Below are positions 17,111 to 23,025 of a stretch of DNA of 29,353 nt, in pieces. The DNA is from a virus, in IMG/VR virus record IMGVR_UViG_3300045988_109387, positions 1-29,353 of that record. One strand, given 5' to 3'. Below the pieces are notes generated by a model. It did not search any database. It saw nothing but the letters and a program-made list of their open reading frames with translations, and was not told the DNA's origin. Numbering within the stretch: the stretch's first letter is position 1; each line of letters begins with the position of its first letter. The translations under genes and the position numbers were made by a program.

Positions 17111-17158
17111 AAAAAAGCGCCCAACCGGGGGGAAGCATATGGAAACCCGGTTGGGCGC
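17111..17158 (-). terminator. Strong intrinsic terminator with no annotated gene upstream on that strand
   Basis: A 13-bp GC-rich stem pairs 17117-17129 (GCGCCCAACCGGG) with 17146-17158, around a 16-nt loop. On the minus strand it is followed by TTTTTT (17116..17111). Confidence 0.65.
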
Positions 17159-17276
17159 TCATCGGGGGAGAATATACGCGATGAGGTACAGGAACCAGTA
17201 TGGCTTCGTTTTGCCCGGATTGCAACCGTCGTGTGCGGCGTCTCGTCGTCCGTTCGGCGTGTCGCGATGGCGAACA

Positions 17277-17285
17277 TGATATTGT
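17277..17285 (+). promoter_or_regulatory. Extended -10 promoter PA (TGATATTGT) with upstream CGGCGTGTCG motif
   Basis: Member of the repeated promoter family. The motif is at 17255-17264, with a near-copy CGGCGTcTCG at 17236-17245. The conserved downstream sequence gaatACATCAAac is present. Confidence 0.5.
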
Positions 17286-17342
17286 GAATACATCAAACAA
17301 CGTAGGGCATCAAAAACCTACCAACATTGAAAGGAACAGAAA

Positions 17343-17564
17343 ATGACCGAGCAGAACACCAACCAGAACGAAGTCCAGCCGACCCAGCAGCCGACTCAGC
17401 AGCCGATCATCATCAACAACGTAGTCGCGGACCAGACGGACGACAAGGGCAAGAAGAAGGCCCCAGGCTTCATCAAGGTGTGCGTATACAGCTTCCTTAC
17501 TTGCGGCATCTACTTCTTCTACTGGCTCGTCAAGAGCCTGAACGGCGGATACCGTAAGCGCTGA
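17343..17564 (+). CDS. Small membrane protein, DUF4234-like
   Basis: 73 aa with GAAAGGAAC as RBS. It has a Gln/Thr-rich N-terminus and a C-terminal TM segment with FLTCGIYFFYWLVK, reminiscent of DUF4234. It has its own promoter and terminator. Confidence 0.55.
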   Translation: MTEQNTNQNEVQPTQQPTQQPIIINNVVADQTDDKGKKKAPGFIKVCVYSFLTCGIYFFYWLVKSLNGGYRKR

Positions 17565-17574
17565 CGCAAGCACT

Positions 17575-17620
17575 AAAAAATAATACCCACCCGGGCATTC
17601 GCTTGGGTGGGTATTATTTT
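17575..17620. terminator. Bidirectional intrinsic terminator
   Basis: A 13-16 bp stem (ATAATACCCACCC / GGGTGGGTATTAT) with a 12-nt loop, flanked by an A-run upstream and TTTT downstream. Confidence 0.75.
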
Positions 17621-17669
17621 ATCCAATGAAAGGCAGTCGGGAAGGGAAACCAAAAAACTTACCGACATC

Positions 17670-17675
17670 GATAAT
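17670..17675 (+). promoter_or_regulatory. Possible -10 (GATAAT) upstream of dut
   Basis: Lies between the terminator and the dut RBS. It lacks the TG extension and the upstream motif, so support is weaker than for the other promoters. Confidence 0.3.
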
Positions 17676-17697
17676 CATAACACAAAGGAGAAACACC

Positions 17698-18108
17698 GTG
17701 GAAATCATGCTGGACAACGGAGCGCACATGCCGTCACGAGGCCACGAGACCGATGCCGGACTGGACCTGCGCACGCCGAAGGCCGTGACGGTACCGGCGT
17801 ACGGAAGCACGACAGTCGATACTGGAGTGCACGTGACGTTGCCTCACGGGTGTGCCGGACTGCTCGTCAGCAAGAGCGGCCTCAACGTCAAGCACAGCAT
17901 CACCAGCACCGGACTCATCGACGAAGGCTACACGGGAAGTATCGTAGTCAAGCTCTACAACAATGGATGCGAGGACTATGAGGTAAAAGCCGGTGATAAG
18001 ATCACGCAGCTGGTCGTGATCCCAGTAGTCGATGAGTCGTTGGAACAGGTCTCTGCGTTCAATGCGACGGAGCGTGGAGATAACGGCTTCGGGAGCACCG
18101 GAAGGTAA
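17698..18108 (+). CDS. dut: dUTPase (trimeric dUTP diphosphatase)
   Basis: I chose the GTG at 17698 because AAAGGAG lies 7 nt upstream. The motifs DAGLDLR, GLIDEGYTGSI and RGDNGFGSTG are present. Confidence 0.85.
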   Translation: MEIMLDNGAHMPSRGHETDAGLDLRTPKAVTVPAYGSTTVDTGVHVTLPHGCAGLLVSKSGLNVKHSITSTGLIDEGYTGSIVVKLYNNGCEDYEVKAGDKITQLVVIPVVDESLEQVSAFNATERGDNGFGSTGR

Positions 18109-18111
18109 GCC

Positions 18112-18447
18112 ATGTGGAGCGGACGGAGCAAATACCATGCGAAGAAAACCGTCGTCGACGGCATCACCTTCGACTCGCGTAAGGAGGCCGACAGGTATCT
18201 CGTCCTGAAGGGCATGGAGGAGGATGGAGCCATCGAGGGCCTTCACAGACAGGTCCGCTATGAGCTCGTGCCGGCCTTCGACGTGGACGGCAGACATTAC
18301 CGGCCCGTCTATTACGTGGCTGACTTCGTCTATGTGGAGGACGGCAAAACGGTAGTCGAGGATGTGAAAGGCATGAGGACCGACGTGTACAGGCTCAAGA
18401 GCAAGCTCTTCGCACGACGGTATGGCATGAGTATCAAGGAGACGTGA
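18112..18447 (+). CDS. DUF1064-family protein (PD-(D/E)xK-like nuclease fold)
   Basis: 111 aa. SKYHAKKTVVDGITFDSRKEADRY...YYVADFVYVEDGKTVVEDVKG matches the DUF1064 pattern. Confidence 0.75.
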   Translation: MWSGRSKYHAKKTVVDGITFDSRKEADRYLVLKGMEEDGAIEGLHRQVRYELVPAFDVDGRHYRPVYYVADFVYVEDGKTVVEDVKGMRTDVYRLKSKLFARRYGMSIKET

Positions 18448-18465
18448 CGGTCTAGGAGCGTGCGT

Positions 18466-18518
18466 GGCCCCGGTTGGTCTTGGGAAGAGATTCCCGGACT
18501 GGCCGGGGCCTTGTTTTT
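18466..18518 (+). terminator. Intrinsic terminator after the dut-DUF1064 unit
   Basis: GGCCCCGG (18466-73) pairs with CCGGGGCC (18503-10). The interior has wobble-rich pairing, and TTGTTTTT follows. Confidence 0.65.
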
Positions 18519-18586
18519 CAGCCATTCCTGACATGGTAAGGAGGTGGGCAGAAAACCGACTACCTTCAATATTTGAGATTGACCCT

Positions 18587-18650
18587 TCAATACCTAGGTA
18601 TCGACCCCTTCGATACCTAGGTATCGAACCCCTCGATACTCAAGTATCGA
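18587..18650. promoter_or_regulatory. Three 18-bp dyad-symmetric sites at exact 23-bp spacing (operator- or iteron-like)
   Basis: O1 is TCAATACCTAGGTATCGA (18587-18604). O2 is TCGATACCTAGGTATCGA (18610-18627), a perfect palindrome that extends to 20 bp at 18609-18628. O3 is TCGATACTCAAGTATCGA (18633-18650). Each is preceded by CCC(C)T. Confidence 0.7.
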
Positions 18651-18660
18651 ACAAAGACCC

Positions 18661-18716
18661 CTCTACTAGAGACCCTTCTACTAGAAGATCCTTCCACTAG
18701 ACCCTTTTAAGTAAGA
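18661..18716. repeat. Second set of short dyad repeats (CTCTAcTAGAG, CTTCTAcTAGAAG, plus two degenerate copies)
   Basis: The two clear copies are at 18661-18671 and 18675-18687, and the degenerate ones at 18691-18701 and 18704-18716. The period is ~15 bp, and each copy is again preceded by CCCYT. Confidence 0.55.
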
Positions 18717-18717
18717 C

Positions 18718-18775
18718 GGCTCCCGAGGGGAGCCGCGTGCGGCCCGAGGGGAGCCAATCCCAACCCAAAGGGATT
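18718..18775. repeat. GC-rich hairpin / direct-repeat cluster
   Basis: A hairpin GGCTCCC-gag-GGGAGCC lies at 18718-18734. CCCGAGGGGAGCC is repeated at 18722-34 and 18743-55. A second hairpin, AATCCC-N8-GGGATT, lies at 18756-75. Confidence 0.55.
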
Positions 18776-19249
18776 GGGAGCCGAGAGCGGTGAGGGGCCT
18801 AGCCTCGATGGCTTAGGTGACTGAGGCATGGAGCCATGGAGTCTGACCTGATGTCTTCCATGCTTCTTCCATGGCTCTGAGCATCGAGGTGGATACCGTC
18901 TGGGCTTCGATGCTGCCCTTCGGGCCTTGGTCTCGGTTCCCGACCTGTGGGGAGCATGGAGGAGAGTTGGTCGGCGCTTGGCTTAGGTGGCCCTCTCACG
19001 GCTTGTCGTTCTCGATGCTTTTTCGGTGCTTGTTTGGTCTGGAACGTCGCTTTCGTGCGTAAAGGCCTTTTTGACGGGCTGTCGTATGTAAGTCTTGACG
19101 AGTTACCGGAGTTGCCGGGAAAATCGGTCTGAAGGGCCTTTACGTGCGTTCTAGAGGCATATGCGGTAGAAAGCATGGGAGAGGAATGCCTTGAATGGAA
19201 GACTGAGCCACGCTGGCAGGCCCGAACTCAATGCCTTTTCCGAGACTTG

Positions 19250-19258
19250 TGGTATACT
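19250..19258 (+). promoter_or_regulatory. Extended -10 promoter PC (TGGTATACT)
   Basis: Lies ~35 nt upstream of the 19293 ATG and has the same TGnTATAYT form as the other family members. Confidence 0.45.
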
Positions 19259-19292
19259 TAAAGCAACACCAACACTAAGAAAGGATCACGCA

Positions 19293-19538
19293 ATGGATAT
19301 CTACGAAGCCATCAACAATCTCCTCGTCAAGAGGTATGGCGTCCACTTCAGCAAGGAAGGCGAAGAAAAGTCACGAAAGTTCTTCGACGGACTGTGTGCG
19401 AAGTTCGGTGACGAGGAAGTATCCGAAGCATGGGAGATCGCATGCGGGAAGTACGACAATCCGGTGACCGCGCTTTCGAAGCTCGGAGGCATCCTCTACA
19501 ACCGCAGCATCTTCAGCTCCTTCATCGAGGAGGCCTGA
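19293..19538 (+). CDS. Hypothetical protein (81 aa)
   Basis: The ATG at 19293 has AAGAAAGGA upstream. The longer track ORF starts in non-coding DNA. It is tightly coupled to the next gene. Confidence 0.55.
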   Translation: MDIYEAINNLLVKRYGVHFSKEGEEKSRKFFDGLCAKFGDEEVSEAWEIACGKYDNPVTALSKLGGILYNRSIFSSFIEEA

Positions 19539-19539
19539 C

Positions 19540-19830
19540 ATGGGAAAGCTGTCATTCGACGAAGGCCTCGCCGAAGAGATAGGCCTCAATGCGGCAATCA
19601 TCCACGAACGCCTTTCCGACCTCTGCGCAGAAAAGGCGAGAAACAACGCCGACTACCACGACGGGTCATTCTGGATTCGAATCACACGGAAAGAACTACC
19701 CGGACTTTTCCCGTACATGCCTCCGACTGCCGTCATCAGGGCGATGAAAAAACTGACAGACGGAGGCTACGTCCTCGTCGGCCATTACGATGAAGACCAC
19801 AACGTCACCAACTGGTACACTGCAACCTGA
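19540..19830 (+). CDS. Hypothetical protein, possibly winged-helix
   Basis: 96 aa, starting 1 nt after the upstream stop codon (one intervening base). LPGLFPYMPPTAVIRAMKKLTDGGYVLV resembles a wHTH recognition region. The function is uncertain. Confidence 0.45.
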   Translation: MGKLSFDEGLAEEIGLNAAIIHERLSDLCAEKARNNADYHDGSFWIRITRKELPGLFPYMPPTAVIRAMKKLTDGGYVLVGHYDEDHNVTNWYTAT

Positions 19831-19857
19831 AAACATCGGCGTGTCGTCCAGAAAACG

Positions 19858-19866
19858 TGATACACT
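19858..19866 (+). promoter_or_regulatory. Extended -10 promoter PD (TGATACACT) with CGGCGTGTCG at 19837-19846
   Basis: It has the same motif-to--10 spacing (~11 nt) as PA and PE. Unlike the other cassettes, a terminator follows this promoter instead of preceding it. Confidence 0.45.
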
Positions 19867-19928
19867 AGAGACATACGCCATGTGAGGCACTCCTACCACT
19901 CACTTGGAGAGCATAAATCACATGGTAT

Positions 19929-19988
19929 GAATCCCATTGATTGCCACCGGGGTAGGAGACGGTAACAGTCGGTGGGATTCACTTTTTT
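19929..19988 (+). terminator. Long leader hairpin plus T6 just upstream of the replisome-organiser gene (attenuator candidate)
   Basis: GAATCCCA (19929-36) pairs with TGGGATTC (19973-80). There are ~7 further pairs (3 of them wobble) and an apical ACCG/CGGT stem with a 10-nt loop GGGTAGGAGA. TTTTTT is at 19983-88, the GGGAG RBS at 19989-93 and the ATG at 20004. Confidence 0.6.
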
Positions 19989-20003
19989 GGGAGCGTAATC
20001 AAA

Positions 20004-20882
20004 ATGAAATACACGATCGAAGGCTTCAGCCAAGAAGCGGCGCTGTCCATGCAGGCCACCATCACCGAAAACGGAAACACGAAAACCATCAAACTCGACA
20101 TCGTCGACCTGACAATCCTCCGCTGGATCGTCGACTTCTACCCGAACATGAAAAAGACCATCATCGACGGCACGGAATACGCATGGCTCGACTACACGGC
20201 CTTCATTGAAGACATGCCCCTTCTAGGACTCAGCAACCAGTCACTGTACAAGCGGTGCATCAAAATGGTCCAGCTAGGCATACTCAAGCACAAGACAGTA
20301 CGCAGCAAGGGCACCTTCTCTTATTATGGCTTCGGCCCGGAATACCCACACCTCGTCAGCCGCAGCAACAAGACGGCCAACGCACCGGCATCAACCCAGA
20401 ACCACGCCCCCTCCACAGAACACGACCCATGGGCAGACACTACAACCGCAACCACCGAACAACCCCAACTCCCCATCGCCGAACCGGAACCCCAGCCACA
20501 ACCGAAAAAGACCCGCAAAGCCAAAAGCTTCGACGACATCATCGACGCCTACACCAACGACCCGACGACCAAGGACCTGCTCAGAGCATGGCTCCAAAAC
20601 CGCAAAGCCAAGCGCTCAGCCATGACCGACAGGGCCATCAAAAGCTGCATCGACAAACTCGACAGGCGCGCACAGGAAAGCCATATGAGCGTCAACGACT
20701 ACCTCGATGAGGTCATCTGCCGCGGCTGGAGCGCCTTCTTCCCAATCGAAAACTACCGAAACAACGGATACCAGCAAAAACCTCGGCAGCAATCCCAGCA
20801 GCCACACTGGGACCTCACGGAAGAGGAGCTGCGCAGACAAAAGGAAGCAGACGACGAGTGGATGAAAAACTGCGTCTTCTAA
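20004..20882 (+). CDS. Replisome organiser / DnaD-like replication initiation protein
   Basis: 292 aa with a wHTH-like N-terminus and a Pro/Gln/Thr-rich linker. The C-terminal segment LLRAWLQNRKAKRSAMTDRAIKSCIDKLDRRAQESHMSVNDYLDEVICRGWSAFFP is typical of phage replisome-organiser or DnaD-type C-terminal domains. It lies upstream of the DnaC-like loader. Confidence 0.65.
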   Translation: MKYTIEGFSQEAALSMQATITENGNTKTIKLDIVDLTILRWIVDFYPNMKKTIIDGTEYAWLDYTAFIEDMPLLGLSNQSLYKRCIKMVQLGILKHKTVRSKGTFSYYGFGPEYPHLVSRSNKTANAPASTQNHAPSTEHDPWADTTTATTEQPQLPIAEPEPQPQPKKTRKAKSFDDIIDAYTNDPTTKDLLRAWLQNRKAKRSAMTDRAIKSCIDKLDRRAQESHMSVNDYLDEVICRGWSAFFPIENYRNNGYQQKPRQQSQQPHWDLTEEELRRQKEADDEWMKNCVF

Positions 20883-20929
20883 ACCACGACGCGCCGACAG
20901 CACAATGCCGACGACACATGAGATAACAT

Positions 20930-20938
20930 TGTTATAAA
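20930..20938 (+). promoter_or_regulatory. Possible extended -10 (TGTTATAAA) upstream of the loader gene
   Basis: It lies within the dyad ATAACattGTTAT, 22 nt upstream of the ATG at 20960. There is no upstream motif copy, so support is weak. Confidence 0.3.
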
Positions 20939-20959
20939 CAACAAAAAGGAAACCAAACC

Positions 20960-21808
20960 ATGGAAAACGGAATCGACATCATCAACACCATCAACGCACG
21001 AGCTGCACGCCAATACGCGGAACACGAAGGAGACTACCGCAACGAAGACGGCCTTCTCATGTGCGGCAAATGCCACTCAGAGAAGGAGTGCGTCCTAACC
21101 AGGCCCGACGGCACCACGAAAACCGTCCACTGCGCATGCGACTGCAGTGTCGCACAGCACAAAAAGGAAGACGAAGAAAAACGCAAGCGCGACCGCATGC
21201 AATACCTCGACAGCATGAGACGCACCGGCTTCCCAGACGCGGAAATGCGCGAATGGGCCTTCGCCAAATCCGACCACGGCGACCAACGGAACGAAACCAT
21301 CGCCCGCAAGTACGTGACGAACTTCGACGCCATGCGCGAACAAGGCACCGGACTGCTCCTCTGCGGTCAGGTAGGCACCGGCAAAAGCTTCCTCGCGGCA
21401 TGCATCGCCAACGAGCTCATCAGCCAAGGCACTCCATGCCTGATGACCAATTTCAGCCGTCTCATCAGCCGGATCAGCGAAAAATTCGGAGGAGACCAGA
21501 AATACCTCGACAACCTCAACCGCTTCGACCTTCTCATCATCGATGATCTGGGAGCGGAACGCGATTCGGACTTCACATGGGAGAAGGTAATGAACGTCAT
21601 CGACGCACGATACCGTGCCGGATTGCCGATCATCATCACCACCAACCTCGGTCCGAAGGACTTCGCCGATCGTGGAGACATCCGCCGTCAGCGCGTCTTC
21701 AGCCGTTTGAAGGAGATGTGCATCTGCCTTGAAGTCAAAGGCGAGGATAGGAGAGGGAAGAAAATGCAAGACAAGCTGACATCGGCCAGACCACTCCTCG
21801 GCATCTGA
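20960..21808 (+). CDS. DnaC/IstB-like AAA+ helicase loader with an N-terminal Cys-rich region
   Basis: 282 aa with Walker A GQVGTGKS, Walker B LLIIDDLG and sensor IIITTN. The N-terminus has CGKCHSEKEC...CACDC. Confidence 0.85.
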   Translation: MENGIDIINTINARAARQYAEHEGDYRNEDGLLMCGKCHSEKECVLTRPDGTTKTVHCACDCSVAQHKKEDEEKRKRDRMQYLDSMRRTGFPDAEMREWAFAKSDHGDQRNETIARKYVTNFDAMREQGTGLLLCGQVGTGKSFLAACIANELISQGTPCLMTNFSRLISRISEKFGGDQKYLDNLNRFDLLIIDDLGAERDSDFTWEKVMNVIDARYRAGLPIIITTNLGPKDFADRGDIRRQRVFSRLKEMCICLEVKGEDRRGKKMQDKLTSARPLLGI

Positions 21809-21818
21809 CCTATACCAA

Positions 21819-21850
21819 GGCGACACGTGTAAAAACGTGCCGCCTTTTTT
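21819..21850 (+). terminator. Intrinsic terminator after the replication unit
   Basis: GGCGaCACGT-gtaaaa-ACGTGcCGCC (one mismatch) followed by TTTTTT. Confidence 0.7.
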
Positions 21851-21884
21851 CATCTCCTTCGGCGTGCCATATCACGATTGTGGG

Positions 21885-21890
21885 TATAGT
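21885..21890 (+). promoter_or_regulatory. Promoter PE -10 (TATAGT) with the variant motif CGGCGTGCC at 21860-21868
   Basis: The conserved downstream sequence gttAGATATtaGGCAAGGA resembles the PF/PH leaders. Confidence 0.45.
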
Positions 21891-21945
21891 GTTAGATATT
21901 AGGCAAGGAAAACACCGGGCCACCAAACAGAAAAGGAAACCAAAA

Positions 21946-22242
21946 ATGAAAAAGAACGACAACATCCACATCCTCTTCAAAACCCTCACCGACACCCTCC
22001 CCTACGAATACAACGAAGAACTCATCGACAACGAAAACACCATCGTCATCACCAAGGAAGGCTCCGACTACGCCATGGCCATCAGCCCGGACGAACTCCA
22101 CGCCGACAACTTCGAAGTGACCGTAAGCCACGACGACACCACCAAAGGCAACTACAAGGAACACGAGCTCTTCTACTGGACCACCGAAGAAGAAAAGATC
22201 CCCATCAGCGACATCATCACCGACATCAAAAACCGCTTCTGA
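21946..22242 (+). CDS. Small acidic protein (98 aa), paralogue of the next gene
   Basis: The ATG at 21946 has AAAAGGAAAC upstream. With 22274..22573 it shares the segments TIVITKEGSD/AIRITKRNSE and ISDIITDIKNRF/ENIADYIIKSL at the same relative positions. Confidence 0.6.
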   Translation: MKKNDNIHILFKTLTDTLPYEYNEELIDNENTIVITKEGSDYAMAISPDELHADNFEVTVSHDDTTKGNYKEHELFYWTTEEEKIPISDIITDIKNRF

Positions 22243-22273
22243 CAAACCAAACAAACAAGAAAAGAGCCAAAAA

Positions 22274-22573
22274 ATGAGCAACGAAAACAAAATCAGGAAC
22301 ATCAACCACGAAATGGCAGACGCACTACGACTCCTCGGCGACGACTACACGACAACCGAAGTCGAATGCGACCCCGGAGACTCAGCAATACGCATCACAA
22401 AGCGGAACAGTGAAAAAACACTGTACATCATCGCCTTCAGAGATCCGGTCGAGACTGAAATGCAACTATACGACGGACCCGACTCACTGATCTCCTACCA
22501 CATCTTCCACGACGGATCCCCAGACGATCCCACCCCAGAGAACATCGCCGACTACATCATCAAAAGCCTCTGA
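22274..22573 (+). CDS. Small acidic protein (99 aa), paralogue of the previous gene
   Basis: See 21946..22242. It has the same length class, charge and conserved segments. Confidence 0.6.
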   Translation: MSNENKIRNINHEMADALRLLGDDYTTTEVECDPGDSAIRITKRNSEKTLYIIAFRDPVETEMQLYDGPDSLISYHIFHDGSPDDPTPENIADYIIKSL

Positions 22574-22590
22574 AAAGAAGAGGAATCGAT

Positions 22591-23025
22591 ATGGCAAGAA
22601 AGAAAACACCGGAACCAATCAACCTTGACGACGCCGGCCTGATGGACTGGATCAACGAAATGCGCAACAGTCAGCCCTCCGCCGCCGAACGGCGTAAAAT
22701 CAGCGACTGGGAATACTACCACAACCACAAGGAAGAAAGAACCGAAGCAAACCGCAAATGGCGGGAAGCACACGCCGAACACTACGCCGAAAAACAGAAA
22801 GAATACCACAGCAAACCAAAAACATTGAAAAAGAAACGCGAAGCCGCCCGAACCCGATACCACACCGACCCGGAATGGCGAGAGAAAATGCTCTCCAAAC
22901 AAAAAGCACGATACCATGCGCTGACCCCGGAACAGAGAGCCGAATACGTGCGGAAACAAAGGGAACGGGCCCGAATCCGACGAGCAAAAGCCAAAGCCGC
23001 AAAAGAAGCAAAGGAAAACAAATGA
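22591..23025 (+). CDS. Lys/Arg-rich helical repeat protein (144 aa)
   Basis: It has internal repeats of a basic helical motif ending in Y/H (ANRKWREAHAEHYAEKQKEYH, AARTRYHTDPEWREKMLSKQKARYH, EQRAEYVRKQRERAR). An ATGA overlap joins it to the next gene. Confidence 0.55.
   Translation: MARKKTPEPINLDDAGLMDWINEMRNSQPSAAERRKISDWEYYHNHKEERTEANRKWREAHAEHYAEKQKEYHSKPKTLKKKREAARTRYHTDPEWREKMLSKQKARYHALTPEQRAEYVRKQRERARIRRAKAKAAKEAKENK

Noticed and set aside
17111-17160. GC-rich hairpin region considered as a tRNA or attP core fragment.
   Set aside because: It has no cloverleaf, no T-loop GTTCRANYC box and no anticodon arm. A simple 13-bp stem plus T6 fits an intrinsic terminator.
17734-18534. Large antisense ORFs opposite dut/DUF1064 (266 aa), the DnaC-like gene (21095..21853, 252 aa) and erf (24174..24893, 239 aa).
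   Set aside because: The opposite-strand ORFs have unmistakable family motifs, whereas these have none. They are Gly/Val/Asp-rich mirror translations.
18535-18543. Perfect SD-like AAGGAGGTG considered as the RBS of a missed gene.
   Set aside because: No ATG, GTG or TTG in a usable window opens a meaningful ORF. The only in-frame continuation is the repeat-derived ORF rejected above. I note it only as a possible regulatory element or anti-SD decoy.
18464-18700. 78-aa plus-strand ORF running through the terminator and the dyad repeats.
   Set aside because: Its sequence is simply the repeats read in frame (DPSIPRYRPLRYLGIEPLD...DPSTRDPSTR). It begins inside a terminator hairpin and has no RBS.
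18558-18716. Tandem repeats considered as a CRISPR mini-array.
   Set aside because: The units are 14-23 bp, directly abutting with no spacers, and dyad-symmetric. No cas genes or leader are present. This is an operator- or iteron-type architecture.
18799-19176. 125-aa minus-strand ORF inside the non-coding island; considered as a decayed repressor or integrase.
   Set aside because: The translation is Arg/Ser/Pro/Lys-rich and disordered-looking, with no HTH or catalytic motif. I also translated the other two minus frames by hand, and they are broken by multiple stops and contain nothing recognisable. I keep it only as a formal pseudogene alternative under the island finding.
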